In this document: one piece after another, positions 55,759-63,627 of the stretch
How the letters are laid out: every line of letters starts with the position of its first letter
How positions within the stretch are numbered: position 1 is the stretch's first letter
From: Caldilineaceae bacterium
GTDB taxonomy: Bacteria > Chloroflexota > Anaerolineae > Caldilineales > Caldilineaceae
Assembly: GCA_965228585.1 (NCBI GenBank)
Contig: CBDDHX010000005.1
Span: forward strand, 334,965 to 398,964
Length of the DNA: 64,000 nucleotides
Reading direction: 5' to 3'
Program-made: the position numbers and the translations under genes
Notes under the pieces: model-generated
What the model saw: only the letters and a program-made list of their open reading frames with translations
What the model was told of the DNA's origin: nothing
Database searches by the model: none

Positions 55759-56667
55759 TCATCTATGATTGGCCGCGTGGGTGGAATCGTGGGCAACAAA
55801 CTCAAGCTCTTGACCGCTGAGCTGGTGAATGATTTTGGTGTGAAACGAACCGTCACCCGGGTTGTGTACGGGTGCGTCATAAGGCAATCGATAGTTTGGA
55901 TCCTCTGTGGCCACGGCTTGCAGATCGTGATGGAGCTGCATCACGTCCTCTATCTGTTGAATGTGAAAGGCATAGTGCCAGATTGGATCCGAGTTAAAGA
56001 GCAGGGTGGCGCGCTGCCTATCTTCTGCCACGAGCCCGCTACGCGTGACCAAGCAGTTGAAATTGCGGTGGGTCAGCTTTGGTTTTCCGGCGTCCAGAAA
56101 GAGATCGACTGGGCGATGAATGTCAAAGAGCTCGAGCATTAGCCGCTGTCCATCTACCACGATCCAGATGCGCATGATTTCAGTATAGGCTGCCACGCGC
56201 TCTTGAAATTGGGGCGACGCCGGAAAGCGCAGCAGATCGCTAATTGCGAGATCGCACTGATGGGTACGGCGCGTTTTGCTGATCCAATGATCCATGCCGT
56301 GGAGTACGAGGTCGAGCGGTTCGTGAATTTCAAAGCCCAAGTGGTAGATTGAATCCTCTACCAGTGCAGCTGTAATTTGGGGCAGAAGCTGGCTCTGCTT
56401 GGCAAAAAAGTGACCCAACACAACCTGTGCTCGCTGTGCTTTGACTTCCAGCAGCGCATGAGTCAGCTTCTCCAGATCGAGCTTGATGATTTCCAGCAGC
56501 CGCTGTTTGGTCCGTACGTTTTTTTGCGCCAGCAGGTCACGGTAGGTCTCCAACAGCAATTCGTAGCGCTGGTGGACTATCTTGATATTCACTGTACCCC
56601 TCATCTCGGGTGTTGCACTTGATGCAAGCAGACCGGCCATTTGGTGACCAAGCCTGTCACAGGCCAC
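55759..56667 (-). CDS. Hypothetical protein, possibly VOC (glyoxalase/dioxygenase-fold) superfamily
   Basis: Repeated beta-alpha-beta-like modules (HLGFEIHEP..., LMLELFDIHRP, WHYAFHIQQIEDV, QELEFVAHD). The call is weak. Alternative starts lie at 56640 and 56604. Confidence 0.35.
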   Translation of the reverse strand: MACDRLGHQMAGLLASSATPEMRGTVNIKIVHQRYELLLETYRDLLAQKNVRTKQRLLEIIKLDLEKLTHALLEVKAQRAQVVLGHFFAKQSQLLPQITAALVEDSIYHLGFEIHEPLDLVLHGMDHWISKTRRTHQCDLAISDLLRFPASPQFQERVAAYTEIMRIWIVVDGQRLMLELFDIHRPVDLFLDAGKPKLTHRNFNCLVTRSGLVAEDRQRATLLFNSDPIWHYAFHIQQIEDVMQLHHDLQAVATEDPNYRLPYDAPVHNPGDGSFHTKIIHQLSGQELEFVAHDSTHAANHR

Positions 56668-56732
56668 TTATCGTACCCATCGCCAGCTGCCGGGTACGGC
56701 TCAATTTCTCGCTGATTTCGACGATTGTGAGG

Positions 56733-58016
56733 TTAATTCGCCATTGTCATCAGTTTTCTGGCCATACTTTTACCCGCGTAGTCGCCATATAGGATGCCTT
56801 TTCTGGTCAGGTGCAGCGCGTCGTCCGACACGGTGATGAAGCCATTCTGCACCAGATCCTCCATGGTGTCGGCACAGAGCGATTCTAGCTTGACCCCATA
56901 TTTGTGCTCAAAATCGCGCAGGTTAAAGCTCACCAGCTTCATGGTTAGCACCACGTCACGGATCATGCTGTCCCAGACGGTAAGCCGATGACCACGCTGT
57001 ACGGGCAACTCGTCGTTGGCCAGCATCTTCTGGTATTTGTTTTCGTCGTTGGTATTCTGGAAGAGATAGTTGTCCAACCGCCCAAAGGCCGATGTACCAA
57101 AAGCGTAGATGTCATCACCGCGGAAGACGCTGGGCGAGTGAACATGGACATTTTCGCCATTCTTGGTAAAGGTATAGAAGCTCCAGGGGACATAGCCGGC
57201 CGCTTCCAATTCATCCATGGCGTACTCCATGTAGCGCAGCTCCTGATCATCATCAGGTAGCTCTAGCGTCTTGTTCTTGATGCCACGATAGTATTCAGTG
57301 TTGGTATAGAGCTCGGTTTTGTAGACAGTGATGCTTTCCACCGCGGATTCGATGGCGCGGCTGACACTGTGGGCCCAGGTTTTGTCCGTCTCACCAGCCA
57401 GGCCACTCATGAGATCAATGTTGATGGCAACGGGGTTTTTCTTGGCAATGCCAATGGCTCGCAAGACTTTCTTCTCATCATCGAGACGATGGGAATTTTT
57501 AATGATCTCGGTATCAAAAGATTGCACGCCCATGCTCATCCGGTTGGCCCCCATCTGCATAATGGTTGCCATCTTTTCTTCATTCAGCGTAACGGGCTCT
57601 CCTTCGACTGTGTATTCGGCATCCTGGATGTTGTAATATTTGCGCAACGTCTCGTCGATCTGGAGCAGTTGGTCGTTGGGCAATAGGCTGGGCGTGCCAC
57701 CCCCCAAATAGATCGAGATTACGGGGCGATCCTGTAGGTGGTAGATTTCCGAGGCCAACGCCAATTCGCGACAGAGGGCATCCGTATAAGCCGCCATCCG
57801 TTTCTGTTTCTCTTCACCACGCAGGTTAATGGTCTTATAGAAGCAATAGCTACAGCGCTGAATGCAGTAGGGGGTATGTAGATAGAGATTGAGTGGCTTC
57901 CGGTTCTCCATTTCGGCCGCGGAGAGCCGTTTCCACTGCATAAAATTGGGATAATTGGTGATAAAGCCTTTGCGGGCTGGATCCCAATAATCGTTTTCTT
58001 GCCGAGTGTTAATCAC
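56733..58016 (-). CDS. Radical SAM enzyme, HemN/HemZ-like (coproporphyrinogen III oxidase family)
   Basis: CxxxCxxC cluster motif HTPYCIQRCSYCFYK, GGGTPSL, and RMSMGVQSFD. The gene is noticeably more AT-rich than its neighbours. Confidence 0.8.
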   Translation of the reverse strand: MINTRQENDYWDPARKGFITNYPNFMQWKRLSAAEMENRKPLNLYLHTPYCIQRCSYCFYKTINLRGEEKQKRMAAYTDALCRELALASEIYHLQDRPVISIYLGGGTPSLLPNDQLLQIDETLRKYYNIQDAEYTVEGEPVTLNEEKMATIMQMGANRMSMGVQSFDTEIIKNSHRLDDEKKVLRAIGIAKKNPVAINIDLMSGLAGETDKTWAHSVSRAIESAVESITVYKTELYTNTEYYRGIKNKTLELPDDDQELRYMEYAMDELEAAGYVPWSFYTFTKNGENVHVHSPSVFRGDDIYAFGTSAFGRLDNYLFQNTNDENKYQKMLANDELPVQRGHRLTVWDSMIRDVVLTMKLVSFNLRDFEHKYGVKLESLCADTMEDLVQNGFITVSDDALHLTRKGILYGDYAGKSMARKLMTMAN

Positions 58017-58075
58017 AGCGCCTACTCCTTTATTCTATGAAGCTACTGAGGATTCGTTTACGTCGTGTTTGGAGC

Positions 58076-58148
58076 CGATCCTGAAATTCGATTGTGGTGC
58101 GTAAACCACCTCTAGCTGGCTACGTCGCCGCAGAGACTTTCAGGACAG
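58076..58148. repeat. Family B palindromic element (inverted orientation) between the ACP and radical SAM genes
   Basis: gatcctgaaattcgattgtggtgcgtaaaccacctctagctggctacgtcgccgcagagactttcagga. Confidence 0.8.
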
Positions 58149-58178
58149 ATACTTGCTCTGGGGTTGAGGTCGCGCCAA

Positions 58179-58442
58179 CTAGGCCGGAACGGGCGCTTTG
58201 TGTTCTTCGATCCACTGGCTCAATGTCTGTATGTTGGCGAAAGCGTCCATATCGAGATCATCCTCATCAAACTCCACCGTAAATTTTTCTTCGATCAATG
58301 TGATCAACTCAACGATGGCAATTGAATCGAGCCCCAGACCATCTTCCAACAACGAAGCATCGGGTTCGATCTCAGCCATTTGAATATTGACGTCGAGTTC
58401 TTCGGCAATCAGCTGCTTTAATTGGTCAATTGTGCTTTCCAT
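58179..58442 (-). CDS. Acyl/peptidyl carrier protein
   Basis: An 87 aa acidic protein with phosphopantetheine site GLGLDSIAIVELITLIEEKF. Confidence 0.85.
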   Translation of the reverse strand: MESTIDQLKQLIAEELDVNIQMAEIEPDASLLEDGLGLDSIAIVELITLIEEKFTVEFDEDDLDMDAFANIQTLSQWIEEHKAPVPA

Positions 58443-58474
58443 GAATCACCTTTCTTTACTTGAATGAGTTCGAT

Positions 58475-60010
58475 TTATGCCGTCATGGCAGCTAGCGCTT
58501 GCCGGTCGACTTTTCCACTGGGCAAGAGCGGCAGGGCATCAAGAATCAGCACTTCATCTGGAATCGCATGAGCGGGCAGCAGATCGAAACAGTGTTGCCG
58601 TAGTTGTTTGGGCGTGGTTTGCTGGTTCTGTTTGATCACACAGAGAGCCGCGAGTGGCGCATCCTCCTCGTGCCTGCTTTTTCGCGTGGTACCGGCGGCC
58701 TGCACCACAACCACTTGCTGAATGAGCGGAATCTGTTCCATCTGTCGTTCAATGTCTGCCAGTTGAATCAGATAGCCGCGACGATTTACGCTATCACCGC
58801 TCCTCCCCACCACCTGAATGAAACCGCTCCGCTGCTCTTTGGCCAGATCGCCAGTGCTGTACCACTCATTGGCCAAATGTCGATGGAGCCACTGCCCCGC
58901 TTCATCCACATATCCTTCAAATCCATGGGGGTGCTGGCAGCGCAAGGCACCCATTCGTTCGTTGGCGTGCGTTCCGTCAGCCGTGGCTCCGTGCGAGCCA
59001 GGTGGGTCGTGGGTCTCAATCGTGAGTTCTACCCCCCTCATGGGTGAGCCAATGGTTGTCGCTTTCAAATCCTGGTGGGCATCGGGATCGCAAGCCGCAA
59101 TGGCCCCCATCTCCGAACTGCCATATTGGTTGACCAGACAGTGATTCACACGGTCGTCGAAATCCCGAAAGAGGGTTTCATTGATGCGCTGACCGGAGGT
59201 GACAATGACCTTGTAATTTGTCCGTGGTCGCTTGAAGCCCTTGAGCAGCATGGCACAAATAGCGGGCGTAATGAAGGCAATCGTCGGCTGGAACGCTCGT
59301 TCCCGCGCCATGTAGCGCAGCAGATTGGTCTTCTCTTGCAGATCAATCGAGGCACCGACCAACACCGCAGGTAGAAATTCGGCACCGAAACCATACATGT
59401 GGGCAAGGGGGACAGGGATCACGGCTCGATCCGCACTGGTAAAGTTGTATTTGACGACACAGTTCTGTGCGTTTCCAAGCAGCTTCTCCTGCCGGTGGAC
59501 AACGAGCTTGGACGCGCCCATGCTGCCAGAGGTGCGCAACATGAGGTGCCCTGGCCCAAGCAGGGAGAGATCTGCCGGTGGTCGATAAGCTGGGTTCTCT
59601 TCAAGATGCAAGAAGTTGGTGGGATCTTGCAGCCATTCGCGCGCGCTTTGCTCGGTGGCAGCCGCTTTTTCTGCTTTCGACATCTGTTTGACCACCAAAC
59701 GAAGCTGACAAAATTGGGGAATCGGCTTCCACTCCGATGCATGATCATCTTGCTCGGATGGCGGCAGCAGCACCATGCTGACTTCTTGTTGAAGAAGATA
59801 GAGGAGCGTCAATGCACCCGCTACCGTGTTGGGGCATTCAACGGCAACACAACCAGGTGTGCAACCACCATGTTCGGCTAAAAAGTCCCCAATTGATACC
59901 AGCAGCGTCGGTAACATTCCATAGGTGATCGTTGCCGTGCCATCCGTGACTATATTGTCGCGGCTTTCCTCTGCCTCTGTTATCTGTTTAAGCGTGGCTG
60001 CCAACACCAT
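58475..60010 (-). CDS. Acyl/aryl-AMP ligase (adenylation enzyme), paralog of the N-terminal domain of 42687..45572
   Basis: LRTSGSMGASKLVVHRQ and GDLAKEQRSGFIQVVGRSGDSVNRRGY. The start at MVLAATLKQ (60010) aligns residue for residue with the paralog N-terminus. The track start at 60046 is a GTG inside a family A repeat. Confidence 0.8.
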   Translation of the reverse strand: MVLAATLKQITEAEESRDNIVTDGTATITYGMLPTLLVSIGDFLAEHGGCTPGCVAVECPNTVAGALTLLYLLQQEVSMVLLPPSEQDDHASEWKPIPQFCQLRLVVKQMSKAEKAAATEQSAREWLQDPTNFLHLEENPAYRPPADLSLLGPGHLMLRTSGSMGASKLVVHRQEKLLGNAQNCVVKYNFTSADRAVIPVPLAHMYGFGAEFLPAVLVGASIDLQEKTNLLRYMARERAFQPTIAFITPAICAMLLKGFKRPRTNYKVIVTSGQRINETLFRDFDDRVNHCLVNQYGSSEMGAIAACDPDAHQDLKATTIGSPMRGVELTIETHDPPGSHGATADGTHANERMGALRCQHPHGFEGYVDEAGQWLHRHLANEWYSTGDLAKEQRSGFIQVVGRSGDSVNRRGYLIQLADIERQMEQIPLIQQVVVVQAAGTTRKSRHEEDAPLAALCVIKQNQQTTPKQLRQHCFDLLPAHAIPDEVLILDALPLLPSGKVDRQALAAMTA

Positions 60011-60019
60011 AATCTCCTC

Positions 60020-60105
60020 TAAAGTAGCTCTGTTTGAAAACGGCACTGTTACCCCTTCGGTAGACCGTCAAAAAATCTACCTTTTCAAGCCAACCGCACT
60101 ATAGG
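60020..60105. repeat. Family A palindromic element, long form, abutting the RBS of the ligase gene
   Basis: taaagtagctctgtttgaaaa-CGGCACTGTTACCCCTTCGGTAGACCGTCAAAAAAT-ctaccttttcaagccaaccgcactatagg. Confidence 0.85.
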
Positions 60106-60110
60106 TATCT

Positions 60111-60182
60111 GGCGCAAAATTGTCTGCGGCAACGTCGCTGGTTGGTGGTGGTTTGCCCACCACAACCAAAGTTCAGGAAAGG
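60111..60182. repeat. Family B palindromic element (diverged copy)
   Basis: ggcgcaaaattgtctgcggcaacgtcgctggttggtggtggtttgcccaccacaaccaaagttcaggaaagg. Confidence 0.65.
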
Positions 60183-60317
60183 TTCGACGTGTAAATAGTG
60201 TGTGGCTAAACTTTTGATAAATTCTTGTGTAGCAGATTCGCCTGCTCATGGAGAAATCATCTATAAGTCGCACAATGGAGGAATCAGCGTTCTCTAACGC
60301 TGGACGTGTGCAGTAGA

Positions 60318-60372
60318 GAATGCGCACGCCGCAAGGTGCAAGGTGCAAGGTCTATTTGCTTTCTCTATTAGC
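60318..60372. repeat. Family D fragment with a 7 bp micro-repeat (caaggtg x3)
   Basis: cgccgcaaggtgcaaggtgcaaggtctatttgctttctctatta, related to 34201..34270. Confidence 0.65.
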
Positions 60373-60532
60373 TTACAGAAAGTTTAAACGCCACAGCGTT
60401 ACTCAATAACGTACGTTACACTGTCGTAAAGCTGAACGACAGTCGGGTTGTTATCCGCATCAACGCGCGTTCGTCTGTGCCATCGCTGAGTATTTCAAGC
60501 GGCGGGAACGTCGCATTCAAAAAAATAACAAA

Positions 60533-60554
60533 CAAACGTGGGATAAACGTGGGG
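60533..60554 (-). promoter_or_regulatory. Two 11 bp direct repeats (minus strand CCCCACGTTTA TCCCACGTTTG), a candidate regulator binding site upstream of the ligase operon
   Basis: The plus strand reads CAAACGTGGGA TAAACGTGGGG. The same motif pair, in the same orientation, occurs at 63488..63509. Confidence 0.45.
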
Positions 60555-60734
60555 CAGATAGGTTCCGTGATCATGGAATGCAAGGATTTGGTGAATCAGA
60601 TGTAACAGGGCGGTGTCACAGAGGATGTCGCGATTGGTTCAAGAATACGTTGACATGTAGGCGACCCATTTAGATTTTGCCCAACTATGCGTACTTTCAC
60701 ACGGGGATAAATGGACAACGTTCGATGGATTTTG

Positions 60735-60830
60735 CTAGTAGATCCCGGCGTAAATAAGCCCATGGCAACCTGACCCATTTCACGCAAGTAGCTTGGACTT
60801 GTTTACCGCCGTGATGTTTGCGCCCAATAG
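60735..60830. repeat. Family C palindromic element
   Basis: Near-identical to 5188..5285 (tagtagatcccggcg.aa.taagcccatggcaacctgacccatttcacgcaagtagcttgg.cttgtttaccgccgtg). Confidence 0.8.
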
Positions 60831-60833
60831 GAC

Positions 60834-60925
60834 TAAAGTGGGCTCTGTTTGAAAAAGGTGGTTCCGGCAAGCGGGAAACCTACCGTTTTCAAGCCAACCG
60901 CACTATAAAGTGGGATCTTTGCAGA
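60834..60925. repeat. Family A palindromic element, long form, plus the start of a second degenerate copy
   Basis: taaagtgggctctgtttgaaaa-AGGTGGTTCCGGCAAGCGGGAAA-cctaccgttttcaagccaaccgcactataa, followed by agtgggatctttg. Confidence 0.85.
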
Positions 60926-60976
60926 GTCGCAATGCCGCGAAAGAAGGTGTGGCTTGCCACCGGTTCGTGACATGGA

Positions 60977-63184
60977 CTATGGGTGCGCCACCACCAGCAA
61001 TGTCGGTACGTGATCGAGTACGGTTTGCAACGCCTCTGCCAAGCTTTCTGGATCGAGGGCACCAAAGCTTTCATCGAGAATGACGAGATCTGCATCTTGC
61101 AAAATAGCCCGGGCAATATAGAGCCGACTGCGCTCGCCGTGGGAGAGCTGCCAGCCGCTTTCGCCCACAATCTGCTGTAAGCCGGCTGGCATTCGATCTA
61201 GCAATGGACCCAGCCCCAAGGCACGGCAGACAGATGCTGCTCGTTCCAGATCCTGCGAAGATGCGGGCCAGGATCTGCCCAGCAACAGATTAAAGGCGAG
61301 CGTGCCGGTGAGAATATGGTTCTCGTGAAATTGAGGCACAGCCACAATTCGCTGCCGCCAATGTTCCTCCTCGATCCGCGGCCGATCAACCCCGTGGAGC
61401 AAGAGCGTCCCGCGGTCTGTTTTTTGCAAGCCCGCCATCAGGTTGACCAGGGTTGACTTGCCGCCCCCCGAAGGCCCTTGCAGCAGCAGTCGGTCCCCAG
61501 CATGGACTTGCAGATTGCACTCGTTCAGGATAGCTCGATCCCGATTGGGATAGCGGAAGCCCACGTTGCGCAAGGTGAGAATTGGCTGACGGCCCCCGTC
61601 CAGCCCTTGTCGCAATGGCACAGGAGCGTCGAGGGGAAGTTTCCCCGTTTGGTGGCGATCCATCTCACCACTACATTCCTCTCGCAATGTTGCCGCCGCA
61701 AAGAGCGGCTTTACATCGGCCCACGCCAACGCCGCACCGACGATGCTCTGTGTCCCCAACACGATGCTGGAAAATGCCTGACGAGCAAAGAGGATGCCCC
61801 CGAGGCTAATCGCCACTTCCGCCACCGAATGTTCTTCCATCAGCAACGCAGCAAAGAACCACGCCAGCCCGACCATCATCCAGCCACGTGGGATCAGGGC
61901 CTTGAAGCGGCTGCTGGCTCTATCGCTCTGCTGCAACTGCTGTTGGTAGTGGGCCAGATCTTGGTCTTCGGTCGCGTGCCAGCGCGCGCGCGATTCCTGG
62001 GCCAGCCGCGTGCGATGACCGACCATTCGCTCTACCAGATCGGTGGTGAGCCCACGCCGCGTCGCGTGGATGCGGCGCTCGTGAATATAGGTGCGCCAGC
62101 CCAAGATCAGCATGAGCCCACCCCACAGGGCGAGCAGGAGAACATGGGGCCATCCTCCCGCACCCAGTGCCAGAACAACGGCTGCAAAGCAGAGCTGTAA
62201 CAGCGAAAGCAGCGCGACAAAACCGCCAGCCAGCGAAAGCTGTTCAAGTGCATCCGCAGAGAAGACCCGCCCCAAAAAGTGGCCAACTCCTTCCAAACGA
62301 GTTGCCTCGGGCCGTAGCCGTAGTGCGCCAAAGAGCAACCGCTCCTTAAAGTGACTGCTGAGGCCCAGGACCAGATTGCTCTGTACCGAGTTCATGGCGA
62401 GCTGCAAGGGAATTGTGCTCAGGAGCATCAAGGCCCAACCCCAGAGCCAACCCCATTCAAAGTGGCCGGTTAGCGCGCTCTGCCCAATCATCCACCAAGC
62501 CAAAATTGTCAACAACAGTTGCATCACCATGATGCCGCCCAACAGCCCACCGTAGCGGCGGGTGCCGAGCCGCCGTGTCTGTTCGGAAAGCGCAATCCCC
62601 GGCGACATCCGCAACTGCCAACAGCCAGTAATCGGCGTTGTGCCGACCATCTCTGCCAGCAGGCTATGTCGCACCCTTGTCTGCCGTTCTTCGGCAATTG
62701 CACCGCGCTCCAAGATGCGGTTGAGAGCGGCTGTGTGGGGTTGAGTTAGATCTCTACTGAGGGCATCGCGCACAGCGGTGAGTGCAATTCGGGTGCTCTT
62801 TCTGTTCGGTTGAATGAGGGTAACAGAGCGACCATTGCTGCCGGTCAGGAGCAGAAATTCTGCATCAGTTGCATTGGGGAGATTCTGGACAGAAGGAGTT
62901 GGGGGCAATCGTATAATGGCCGGGGCAGCATGCTGCAAGAGCGCTTCCAGCTCGGCAAAGCTGGCATGGGTGGCTTCTGCTTCCCATCCGTGGCGACTGG
63001 CTGTGCCGTCGATCCACTGGGTTAGTGCAGTTTCGTCCGTTGGTGGGCTCGAAGCGTTGGGCGGCCTCGAAACGGTGGAACCATTTGAACCGTGGCGTCC
63101 TTGATGTGCGATGATCACTGTGTCAACAGCCTCGGCCAACTGTGCGGCGGGCCAGGCTGTTGACGACAACTCTACAGTAGACAT
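60977..63184 (-). CDS. ABC exporter, fused N-terminal C39-like (non-catalytic?) domain, 6-TM domain and ATPase
   Basis: Walker A GPSGGGKSTLVNLMAG, signature LSHGERSRLYIARAIL and Walker B LVILDESFGALD. About 200 aa of N-terminal extension (WPAAQLAEAVDTV...APAIIRL...FLLLTGSNGRSVTLIQPN) resembles a peptidase-C39-like domain without the Cys. Confidence 0.75.
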   Translation of the reverse strand: MSTVELSSTAWPAAQLAEAVDTVIIAHQGRHGSNGSTVSRPPNASSPPTDETALTQWIDGTASRHGWEAEATHASFAELEALLQHAAPAIIRLPPTPSVQNLPNATDAEFLLLTGSNGRSVTLIQPNRKSTRIALTAVRDALSRDLTQPHTAALNRILERGAIAEERQTRVRHSLLAEMVGTTPITGCWQLRMSPGIALSEQTRRLGTRRYGGLLGGIMVMQLLLTILAWWMIGQSALTGHFEWGWLWGWALMLLSTIPLQLAMNSVQSNLVLGLSSHFKERLLFGALRLRPEATRLEGVGHFLGRVFSADALEQLSLAGGFVALLSLLQLCFAAVVLALGAGGWPHVLLLALWGGLMLILGWRTYIHERRIHATRRGLTTDLVERMVGHRTRLAQESRARWHATEDQDLAHYQQQLQQSDRASSRFKALIPRGWMMVGLAWFFAALLMEEHSVAEVAISLGGILFARQAFSSIVLGTQSIVGAALAWADVKPLFAAATLREECSGEMDRHQTGKLPLDAPVPLRQGLDGGRQPILTLRNVGFRYPNRDRAILNECNLQVHAGDRLLLQGPSGGGKSTLVNLMAGLQKTDRGTLLLHGVDRPRIEEEHWRQRIVAVPQFHENHILTGTLAFNLLLGRSWPASSQDLERAASVCRALGLGPLLDRMPAGLQQIVGESGWQLSHGERSRLYIARAILQDADLVILDESFGALDPESLAEALQTVLDHVPTLLVVAHP

Positions 63185-63210
63185 GAAAGGCTTTCGCCAG
63201 CTACTTTCTC

Positions 63211-63411
63211 TTAATCGGTTGCTGATGAATCAGCACCGGGCAGACTCAGAGAGCTGGCAACGTTCTGCCACCAGCTTGAGACTTGGCCCTGGATCTCTTC
63301 AATGCTGGTACCAGCGCGTAGATCGGTGCGGATGCTGAGCCCGCCCTGTGGCTCTTGCACCGACTTGTCGAGGCAGGGCTCAGCGTTTTGGTCTTTTTCT
63401 CTGTTGTGCAT
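63211..63411 (-). CDS. Small ORF (66 aa), hypothetical, with a strong RBS, 26 nt upstream of the ABC exporter gene
   Basis: AAGGAG lies 7 nt upstream of the ATG (aagagtAAGGAGcagagaaATG). The product is MHNREKDQNAEPCLDKSVQEPQGGLSIRTDLRAGTSIEEIQGQVSSWWQNVASSLSLPGADSSATD. I recognise no family. Confidence 0.45.
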   Translation of the reverse strand: MHNREKDQNAEPCLDKSVQEPQGGLSIRTDLRAGTSIEEIQGQVSSWWQNVASSLSLPGADSSATD

Positions 63412-63487
63412 TTCTCTGCTCCTTACTCTTTGCTAGAATGTTCGCCAGATTGTTTGCGACTGTGGGTCATGAGTTCATCTTACCGAG

Positions 63488-63509
63488 CAAGCGTGGGACA
63501 AACGTGGGA
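63488..63509 (-). promoter_or_regulatory. Two 11 bp direct repeats (minus strand TCCCACGTTTG TCCCACGCTTG) 77 nt upstream of the small ORF
   Basis: The plus strand reads CAAGCGTGGGA CAAACGTGGGA, and a TAAGAT (-10-like) follows 5 nt downstream on the minus strand. It is the same motif as 60533..60554. Confidence 0.45.
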
Positions 63510-63540
63510 TGTGAAGGTAAAAAGGTTGACCACGATCTTA

Positions 63541-63625
63541 AGTTAGCTCTGTTTGAAGACGGTACTGTTACTTCGTTGGTGGGCCGTAAAAAAATCTACC
63601 GTTTTCAAGCCAACCGCACCATAGG
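63541..63625. repeat. Family A palindromic element, long form, immediately after the stop of the partial ABC gene
   Basis: agttagctctgtttgaaga-CGGTACTGTTACTTCGTTGGTGGGCCGTAAAAAAAT-ctaccgttttcaagccaaccgcaccatagg. Confidence 0.85.
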
Positions 63626-63627
63626 TC

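Noticed and set aside
60085-60787. ORFs 60085..60348 (87 aa) and 60596..60787 (63 aa) as possible precursor peptides upstream of the cluster.
   Set aside because: Both are assembled largely from dispersed repeat elements (families A, B, C and D). They have no RBS and an odd composition, so they are unlikely to be coding.
63211-63411. Confident call of the small ORF as a double-glycine-leader bacteriocin precursor.
   Set aside because: Only the GG dipeptide fits. The conserved hydrophobic leader positions are poorly matched, and the adjacent exporter seems to lack the C39 catalytic Cys. I kept it as a low-confidence candidate only.
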